Position numbers and translations under genes: made by a program. A stretch of 64,000 nucleotides of DNA from Amoebophrya sp. A120 (taxonomy: Eukaryota; Protista; Dinoflagellata): assembly GCA_905178155.1 (NCBI GenBank), contig CAJINV010000002.1, forward strand, positions 7,036,743 through 7,100,742, read 5' to 3'. The notes beneath the pieces are model-generated. The model made no database searches. It was given only the letters and a program-made list of their open reading frames with translations, and was not told where the DNA came from. This document shows positions 36,920 through 46,364 of this stretch, piece by piece. The number at the start of each line of letters is the position of its first letter. The first letter of the stretch is position 1.

Positions 36920-39491
36920 ATGAACCGGAGGCAGCGATCTGGGCGGGACTCGGACGAGGGAGCCCCACCCTACATCCCGGCCGCGGGCCAACCGTCGGAT
37001 AGGCGGATGGTGACGGAAATTTTCAACGGGTTGGCGATCACGGATCTAGCCGGGCTGTACAATCAGCACGAGATTCTGGAAAAGTACGAGGCCTCCTGTG
37101 TCATGCTCGTCTCTCTCGCGGACCACCAGCTCCCGGAGTACTTGAAGACGGCTACACGGTACAACGAGGATACGGGAAAGGAGGAACTAGCGCTCGACTT
37201 GTTCCGGTTACGAACGAGGATAACGCTGCAAAATTTGGAAATCGAACCGTTAGACGCGGTATCAAATGTAAAAATGTCTGGTTCTGGAAAATTTTGAGAC
37301 TTGTCATGCACGTTTTGCATGAGCCATGGGGTCTGGAATGCGAGACCTAGCATGACAGATTCTGTGAGATCCGTATCATGCTCGTCCTGCGTGAGAAACT
37401 TCCTCTCAACTTGGTAAAAAGTGGACAGCTTTTGGCATTCATGCAACACAGATTTTTGCACAATCCAGAATTAGCATTACAAGTTGCAACTTTCCAGACC
37501 CAGACATTTTTACAATGCATACGCGGAAACGGACAGCAACAAACCAGCCACGTCGTTGGGCATCCAGGTGGCGTATCCTGTGCAAAAGTATCGTACTCGT
37601 AGTAATCGCAGTCATGCATTACAAATCTTCACCCCATCAAGGCAAAACAGCATGACAGATTCCATTTGTAATGCTGAGCTAATTTGTATTGCAATTACTA
37701 CTAGTGCGATACTTTTGCAGTTCATATGGCGCAGATACGGGTCGGGGGTTTGTTCGAAACGGACCCAGAAACGGGGGAGTACCTGAAGCCAGAAACGGTG
37801 CAGCCGGGGCGCTTTCACGACGTCGAGGTGACCATGCCTTTGCCAGAGGACCAGGGATTGGAAGCGGGTGCAACAGCAAGCAACATGAACAGAAAAAACA
37901 ACCACAAAACCGCGGAAGGGGCGGGGGCAGGTAGAAATTCAGTACGTACTTGCTGTTGTAAAGCTAAAGACTGTTGTTCTCTGCGTGCGATGTAGTTTTT
38001 GTTTTATCGAGGATATCGTATATTGTGTTTGACAATTGACTGTGCTTCAAAACTTCCACTAATATTGATGTTGAACAAAGAACATCAAGCTGCGTACAAG
38101 AAGTCCAAGTGATCTGAACTGAAAGTACCGTGCACCTTCATTCCCTTTCATCTTTCAGGTGTGAAGGGTCAGCCGCTCGCCGACTTAGACGAAGAGGATG
38201 AATACGACGACGACGTCGACAACAACGCGGTTCCCTCCCCGGATGGGGCGACCCCCAACCGGTGCCGGTCCCGCCAGTGGTCCGGGGAAGTGAGTCACGC
38301 GAGCAGTCGGGGCACGAGGTCCTCCGGCACCGCAACGAGCCGGGGCAGCTCGCGCGAGGGCAACGCCGCCTTTCCCTACATTCTCTACCGCACGGCCAAG
38401 GGCCCGCACATGACACAGGCGTCGCTACAGCGGCTGGGCGTGTTGCTGGAGGTGATGGAGGACTGCGTCTTGTGGCTGAAGAACAAGATCGGCGACTGTG
38501 CCACCTGCCGCGAGGAGATCCAAAAAGCGGTGATTGTCTGCCCCACGGGCGCCTTGCAGGCCCCGGTGGTCGCGATCTGCTTTCTGATGCGGTACCGCAG
38601 TCTGACGCTGTTGGAAGCCTTCGACATGGTCTACCGGTCCCGCGAGGGGCAGGGCTGCTGGCCGACGCCGTTCGCGATGCTGCTGTTGATTGCGTTCGAG
38701 AAGAGCCTGTTCCGCAACAATTTGACCGCCGACGCCCAGAGGCAGTTCGAGCCGACCTATCCAATGCAACTACGTCTAGGTCTGGAAAGAAGAAGATGCA
38801 GACGTTTATTGTCATGCAGGTCGTGCATGGTAGCAGACGAAGTCTGGATCATCTGGAAAAATGCAGGGCCAAGCATCTTCATCACAGGTTCACTTTTAGC
38901 AGTGTCTATGGAAAAATGTCTATCTTGCTGCATCAGTAGAAATTGCCTGATACTATAATCATCCGAAAAAATGTTTTCATGCAAAGCAGATTTCTGTGTG
39001 ACCCGCAACTACAACTAGAACTACGAGCGTCACAAGTTTCTTGCACTGTCCACCCAGACTCAGAGAACATGTTTGCAATGCATACGACCCTGGACTACAC
39101 CATGTATGTGGACTGCACGCTGTACGCCCCGAGGGAACTGGACACGCTGCTCCGGCTGGAGGCGAAGGTAATAAAAGCAAAACAGGGGATTGCCATCGAC
39201 AGCGAGGGGAATCTTGTCATACCGCCGAGCTCGAGCAGCATAGGAAACGCAACGCTGCTCACCGATGGTCACGCGACGATTGATCCGGCCAGCAACGGTG
39301 CACCACAGGGTGGCTCCAGTGCCAGCGGAGATAACAGTCCGACCAGCATAAAGCCGAATGAGTTTGTGCGGAACCAACCACTGTCTGCGATTCCGGACCA
39401 GCACGGGAGGTTGCAGGTGCGGGAGCGTACGGTCACCTCGGACGGGGCCAGTAGTGGGGGAAATGCGTACGTGGTCGGGGGTGATCTGTGA
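36920..39491 (+). CDS. Dual-specificity phosphatase-fold protein, probably catalytically inactive (~528 aa)
   Basis: AVIVCPTGALQAPVVAICFLMRYRSLTLLEAFDMVYRSR..CWPTPFAMLLLIAFE resembles the DSP C-terminal half. Three introners plus GT-AG intron 37931-38158; spliced length 1587 nt. Confidence 0.7.
37260..37521. mobile_element. Introner, family A (reverse orientation relative to 58983)
   Basis: TATCAAATGTAAAAATGTCTGG...CCAGACATTTTTACAATGCATA; DR CGCGG; removal gives PLDAETDSN. Confidence 0.92.
37574..37726. mobile_element. Introner, family B
   Basis: TATCCTGTGCAAAAGTATCG...CGATACTTTTGCAGTTCATA; DR TGGCG; removal gives GIQVA|QIRVG. Confidence 0.9.
38758..39084. mobile_element. Introner, family A-like (diverged)
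   Basis: TATCCAATGCAA...GTCTAGGTCTGG ... CCAGACTCAGA...TTGCAATGCATA; DR CGACC; removal gives QFEPT|LDYTM. Confidence 0.85.
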
Positions 39492-40700
39492 AGCAGTCAC
39501 TGTCCACTAAAGTGATTGGCTCTCTCAATGTAGGACTAACGGTCTGCTGAACACCGCACCACCCTTCCACTTTTGCCTACCACCTCCCGAAGACTCGTCT
39601 GTCGTGTGGACCAAAATTTGTATCTACCGCACGGACGCAGGAAGAAAATCCACCTATAGCATCCAACTCTAGTCACAAAGATGATCACAGCACGAAGCTC
39701 TTAAGGAGGTAAACGAAGCAGCTTCGAAAAAATTTGACCTAAGCTTTAAGTATATGATGAAGTACAAGTAACTACCACGCAGAAAGAGAAACAGTACCGA
39801 AAAAAACACTAAATATTGAATTATAGTCACAAACGAAGAGAAAGCAACAGACTGCACAAATAGACTCTGGCAACGAGCTGTCGCTCTCTAGCGGCCGAAA
39901 TAAAAACACAAAAGAAATTCCAGCGATAGATTGACAGTAGAGGAAACCACTTCCACTAGATGATCACACTTTATTGATTTTTCAGGATGACACACTTCAC
40001 TACGAAATTCAAAGTAAAAGTTAGTATGTTAGTTGTGAGCATTCTGGCGTAGTACAGCTGTGCGCAAAGAAAAATAAAGGGCTTTGTCGATGAGCAAGAA
40101 ACAAAACACAAGGCTGAAAGGTCTTCGCGAAAGCAAGACAGTAGGCTGTTGTCACACGGCGCCATCGATATGAGAAAAGGAAATTATCAAAGAATCCGAG
40201 GAAATACTGAGGATTGTTTTGGTATACTTAGTTGTAGTCTGACTGCTAAAGGGGCTAAGAGTAAGAGCAGCAGAAGAGATTCCCAATAATTCGGAAGTCG
40301 TGGGCTCTGATATTATTCATTTCTTGCAACAAAGACGTGTTAGTTCGCAACGCGTTGCTGCATTGCCAAACTCTCACAGTGGGGTGCGACTTAGCCTTCC
40401 CTTTCTTTGCTGCCCAAGCATGCGCAAACTTTTTCAAGCATGATTTTGATTTAAGAAGGAGAAAAACGGAACTACAACAACACAGAATAGAATCATAGAA
40501 CACTTTGCGGCTGATGAAGAGCCAACAACATAGTCTACTATTCATTTTTTTTTACCGCTGGTTTTGTCAAGCTGATTACTGGCCGGGGGCAATGGTAAAA
40601 GAGAATAAAAAAAAAGTTCAGAATATGATCATACTAGAGAGGACGAAACTTACTTTGTAAAAATTCGATCGACACGAGCCACGATATTAGTCAAGTCTGC

Positions 40701-40714
40701 TTTTGGCTCAAGGT
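40701..40714 (+). other. Dinoflagellate spliced-leader-like 3' motif followed by GT
   Basis: TTTTGGCTCAAG is identical to the last 12 nt of the dinoflagellate SL (DCCGTAGCCATTTTGGCTCAAG) and is followed directly by GT. Confidence 0.5.
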
Positions 40715-40989
40715 ATTGCGTCGTGACTTGTTATGCCCAGTCCCATTTCACCCTTCGCGCGGCATGGCGGGTGCGAAGTTCGCCTTTAGCCCTTTAGTTT
40801 TCCGTCGGGAGTAGGGCTCTGCAGCATGGCCTGGTGCGCGATATTAATCCGCGCCCCATACCATGGCGGAACACTTTATTCTGGGTGCTACGCTGCAGAT
40901 GTTTTCTGTAGTTGATGTCTTTGGAGGCTCGCCGACTCTGATCGCCGGAGCCCACCCGGCGATGTGAAGCGCCATGATTTGGATCCGAC

Positions 40990-41221
40990 GATGAACAAGG
41001 GTGGGTTAGGTTGTCTGTTTTCCAAAAAGTTCTAACCCCCGCTAGTGGGTGGGCACTAGCGGGGGTTAGGGTCAGACGAATGTAACCCACCTTTGTTCAT
41101 CCTAGAACAAATGAACAAGGGTGGGTTACATTCGTCCGAAGCTAACCCCCGCTAGTGCCCACCCACTAGCGGGGGTTAGGCCTTTTTGAAAAAAAGCTGA
41201 TGTAACCCACCCTTGTTCGTC
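40990..41221. repeat. Double palindrome (two inverted copies of a self-complementary ~110-bp unit)
   Basis: Unit ATGAACAAGGGTGGGTTA...CTAACCCCCGCTAGTG-6nt-CACTAGCGGGGGTTAG...TAACCCACCYTTGTTC at 40990-41101 and inverted at 41111-41221. Confidence 0.9.
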
Positions 41222-44200
41222 CATGTCAAAGGAAGCAGAAAGTAAGCAGCCTGCTGAAGTCAGCAGCCGGGATGCCAGCCCCGGCGGATATGATCGGGCA
41301 CGACCATGCTTCTGAAGTGCAAATATTTTTGTAGAACTTTATTCGCCACGGAGTGGTCGTCTCTTAGCAGGTATCTTTCTCTTTGCTTTTGGGAAGATGT
41401 CGGCCCAGCAGGACTTCTAGCAACAAAGAGAGGGAGGTGGCTGGTTGGGTGGTCGGTTGTGCGAGTGTTGCCCTTCGCTCCCAATGGATTAGTGCAAACA
41501 AAAGGACAGAGCAGTTGTTGCAGAAGCTGACCCAGAGCCAGCAGTCGACCCCGGCAATTCAAGGCGCCGCGGGCTCTGCAGCGCTGGGAGGCCCTGTGGC
41601 GGATGAGTAGAGGCATGCCCGAAGAGGTGGATTGCCGGGCGCCTATTCTGTGTCAGATTCATTCAGCGCGCCCGGAGTATCTTTTGCGATGCCCTTCCGC
41701 GCGCCATTTTGCGGCAGGCAGGCGCTGCGTGCGTGAGCGTGCTTTGTAGACGGCCCGGCGGTGTGTTATGCATGTGCCTACTAGACACTATCATAGAAGA
41801 GGGCACTTTGGCACTTAAAGTGCCCTCTTCTATGAATGTGGCGGCTCGGGGGGCACTAAAACAGGCGCAGCCGCAAAAACAGGCATAGAAACAGCTACAG
41901 AAACAGGCGGAAAATCAGGCACGCAAAAAGGTGCAAAAACAGGCACAAACGCAAGCGATGTGGGGTTGGCGCACCAAGCCCAAAAAGAAGACAATTGTGA
42001 CCCCGTGCTTAAATTCCGGTAGTCGAAGTACTTTGTAAAAATTCGATCGGCACGAGCCACGATATTAGTCAAGAAGTCAGACCAGATCGCAGACGGGGAT
42101 GCAACAGCTACTTCTCTGTCTAGGCCGCGAAATTGGGGCCGGAAACACGCCGCGCTTACATTCCAATCAACGAAATCACAGCTGTGCAAAGTCGCGAATA
42201 TACTAGAGCACGCGGTGCAGTTATTGACGGTGGAAGAAGAACGATGGAGAGCAGTGGTGTCCTCTCCTGAGATGATTGCGGACGACGAGGAACTTGTGCC
42301 TTTCTATCTCTTCATTGTGGACGAAAACGAAAACAATGCAGATGGAGATGACAAACAGCAGCTACAAGAAGAAACATCCTCAAATAAACCCGGCTCCACC
42401 TGTTTGCCAAAAACGTCGGGAAAAATCTCAGTCGGCACTTCCGGATCTTCCTCCTCCTCGTCCTCTTTTGTTTCTCCAGGTGCAAGAACATTACCGCCTT
42501 CCACCTCGCAAGGTAGAGAACAACCATCGATAAACACGACAAAGATGCGGCAAACAAGCGGTTCTGGCCTCTGCGGCCTGGGGGACAGTCGGGCTTCCAG
42601 AGGGAAACAAGAGGGGAGCGGGAGTACGAAAGCAGTTTTCCTTCTCGAAGAGGCAGTTGCAAAATCAAGACATTTTTTCCTCCTGACTCGACTTAATAGT
42701 GCCACATCAGGTATTAACAACTTTTTCGGCTAAGTGTGTTGGTCTCAGCTAGTGAAACTTGGACGCGGCCCTTGGGGTTTTAAAGGACACAGGTACAGTT
42801 TCAATGCTCTCCAATTTATTCGCAACACTAAATTTGTGATAAAAACCTTAAAGACGAATAAGGACGGTTGCCTCGTCAGCGCCGTTTGCAATAGCTACAA
42901 GCAGTCACAAGCATAACAGCTACACGACCCACACACAAAGCAATACCAAATCTAAAGCTTTATTATTTTCTTTCAGACAGTTGCCGTTGCGCTTGCAGCG
43001 TTCTTATTCGAACCTTTTTGATTTCATTGTAAAAGTATGGTCTTGTTTAACGAGCCGCACAACTAGTAGTACAGGATTTACAGCAGTAGCAGCAGCGCTG
43101 GTTGGCGCAAATCGAAATATTGATCAGTTGTAGGCAACAAGTGGACATCAGATAAATACAGACACAGACTCAGAGAGTAGTAGATTTCACTTTTAGAAAT
43201 GCGCGTGGTGCTGCGCAGTGACTATTAGTTATTGTAGAAATTCGATCGACACGAGCCACGATATTAGTCAAGATGGTTGTCCGAAGGTAGGACGGGCTCG
43301 TTGGCCCCTCGTGCGGCCTGCTGCCCTCCGTGCCTGCGCGCGCAACAGTGCAAGCGGCGCCCATGCATCCGGGCAATTCGTATTCCCTTGTCCCACCGGG
43401 CGGGCCGGCGCTGCGTGTGCCCCCCGCATGTGCCCGGCAAGGTCGGGGGGCGGCCCATCGAACGGGCGGGAAAGGCCTGCGCCACGCGCTTCATCGCTCG
43501 GCCGGCCAAATCTACGAAACTACGGTGGCGCACCACCGCGACGCCGCGCAGGCCTGCGAAACGCGGCCGGGCCACAAACGTAAAGCCAGGGAAAACGCAG
43601 GGGCCGCACTGCTAAAGTGGGGGGGCCCGGGCGGGGCCCCTCGTGAGGCTGCAGAAATGAAAACAAGCGCGCGCCCCGGCAATCGGGGCTGCCCAGTGAT
43701 TGGGCGGCCCCTTTCAAACCAAGCCGCCGCAGCATCTTTAAAAGCCGGGCAACTCGGGGCCCTTAGTCCCAAGCTGCATACGGTCGGCCCCTGGCAGCGG
43801 GCAGACACCTGCCTCGGATTGGTCGGCCCCCCTCTCCAGCAAACCCGCTGCTGCGCAGCTGCTTGCCGGCCGTTGCAATTCAGATGTCGTCGGGCGCACC
43901 CGGCGACGCCACCTCATCCTGCGCACGGACAGGCTCGGGGGCGTGGCGCGTGCCTGTTGCAACCAAACCCGGCAAGCTGCTAGGCCACCACGCTGCGCAG
44001 CGCATCGACCGAAACTTTGGCCGCGCTGGCAGCACGCACTGGGTTGCGGCCATGGCTCTCGACGTAATATCCGGAGGCGGCGCGGACGTTTCATGCCTGT
44101 AGCCGAGCCCGGAACATTGCGCTCCGTGTGTTTTGGCATGTTGCTGGCCCCCGGGCTTCACCCGGCGCGGATGGCGGAACTGTCCTGCATTTTTTGCCCG

Positions 44201-46364
44201 CAGTGCGCTTGTGCCGCCCGTAAAAATCCGACGGGGGAGTGCTCGAGGCGGGCTGGAAACGTGATCGATTCTGCTGCTCATGCCGAGCATGTGGCCGCGC
44301 CATTTTTTGGCTCCTCCGGAAGCGCCAAAAAAGCCTTTTGCGCAAACGATTTTAAAAACGTTTTTTGCGCTTTTTGTTCAAAAAATTCGAAAAACGAAAA
44401 TGCGCGTTTTGTATTTTGTTAGAGCATACGAAACTTACTTTGTAAAAATTCGATCGACACGAGCCACGATATTAGTCAAGAAGAGATGCTTGACCGGTAT
44501 GTCGTTTATATTATTGCCTGTCGATGCAAAATGATATACGGTAGCTCGGTTGTGGAAGTAGGGTGCTTGTCCTACACTGCAGCTCTGCTCCTAGGAGAAT
44601 GATGCCCCAATAAATTTGCCTACTCAGAACAACAGCAGCTACGGCAGCATAACTTTTACGCAGCTCATATCGATTGGGTTTTCCAATTCGAAAGAAACAG
44701 CCCGAAAATAAATTGTAGGGAGCAGATCAACAGAAGCGATTGAGTAGTGTCTCGATGATGTTGGCAGCTCCTATTGATGGCATCGACCGACAGCAACGTC
44801 CGCTAGTTCAACAGCAAGCAAAGACAGGAGATGACAGGCGTGCTATCGAAATTTTTTTTCACACTTATATGATATGGCAACTACCACAACTGCGATGGCG
44901 CAAGCACATTATGTAAAAAATTGCGTCATCAATGTAGATATTGCAATTGCATGCCAATTAAGCATCATCAAGTTGTCTCGTCTTGTGCCCGCTGTGGTCG
45001 CTTCATCAGAAAATTTCTGAGGCCCGGCAGAGCTCATCAAGATGAGGACGAAATAAACTGGAATAATTAGTACGAAGTCTAGGTCTATTTATATGATTAA
45101 TGTTGCTCCGTTGCAATTCAATATCACCTACCCGTTTCCGGTATTAGTGGTCTCCATTCTACCGAGGTAGCTCATTAGTAAACAACAACACACTTCTAAA
45201 ACAGGAACGGCAAGGAATACTGTATGCTTAATGTTTCCAAAGCCGCACAACTATATATTTAGCGGCCATAGTCGAAATTCAAACTCATGAAATAGGATCA
45301 ATTTTATGTGATGGAAGTCAACAGCATGATAGCTGCTCGGTTTCGAGCAGATGCTAAACATGAAATTATCACCCTCAAATTTGTGCAGTATACCTCCATG
45401 ATGACCTCAACCTCAATGACCTAATTAAAGCAACCTCTACCCGATGACGCATCAAGATGTTCTTGTGTGGTTTTTTTGCTTAGTCAAAATTTGATGACCG
45501 CTAAAAAACCTCTACTCACATCTACCCTTCTTGTCAGGAGCCTCATGGACCGCTGGAGTTCCGTGCTCTCCAATGTTGATATAAACGAAATTCGAATTAT
45601 ATTCCAGCCTTCTGAAGATGCAGTTGCATTGCTACCCCCGGTGCTTCAGGCCCCTGCAATTGGATGAACGAAAAAAATCATTTTCACATACTTTCGGGCA
45701 CTACGGCAAAAAATCGTATTCAACGGCAGGCCGGCGCTGAACTCGTCAGGCTCAGGGAGTGTCCTCGTATCGTTGCAGGCCGGCGGTTTGTGGTGTTCTA
45801 TTGTCGGCGTCATTTTTTTGAATTTGATGATGTTCATGTTGCCCTGTCAGCCCAAGTAGAAGTGTAGTATTCAGGATTGGTTTTGTTGTTTTGATGAGAG
45901 AAAAGAGAAAGGTGCGAGAGCAGCATTGAAAAAAAAGAGGCCCTAGCCCTAAGTTGCCAAAGGCACGCGGACGACTTATAAAGCAAACAACGTGGCAAGA
46001 GGTAGTGCTGTGATGTATACCGTGAAACTTCTAATTGATGTGTCAGATTTCCCCCTCATGACTGCACAAGACGGAAATCACTACCCCAAGTCGGCATGAC
46101 ATGCTTGAGCGCGGCTCAACAGCCCGCCGTCGTTGTAGGACGTCAGATCATCCTGATGCTTCCCCAGTAGTTCTCTAAACAAAAAGCGCATGCGCATTTT
46201 GACCGGATCTTGTTCTCATACGATGCTACAACTTCAAGAACTTCAGCGTAGGCAGCAAGAAGCTTGACGAGCCTTCCAGAAAAATAAGTTTTGACGTTGC
46301 TGTTGTTACTGCAGCTGCAAGTATTGAGCAGGAAAGGGTCCTCTTAGTGCAAAAATCGTACGAG

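Larger units (their letters stand above)
40643..44480 (+). repeat. Four dispersed direct copies of a 41-53-bp motif
   Basis: ACGAAACTTACTTTGTAAAAATTCGATCGACACGAGCCACGATATTAGTCAAG at 40643-40695 and 44428-44480; 5'-shortened copies at 42029-42073 and 43232-43272. Confidence 0.9.

Noticed and set aside
37063-37461. Recurrent short peptides (LPDPDIF.., MSGSG.., YEYDTFAQD) as a small protein family
   Set aside because: They are translations of the introner TIRs and interiors.
43218-44422. Overlapping ORFs in the GC-rich cassette
   Set aside because: Arg/Ala/Gly/Pro-rich, open in many frames and with no recognisable domain.
40643-44480. CRISPR array or hammerhead ribozyme reading of the 53-bp repeats
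   Set aside because: Spacers exceed 1 kb, there are no cas genes and the context is eukaryotic. CGAAAC is present but there is no upstream CTGANGA core.
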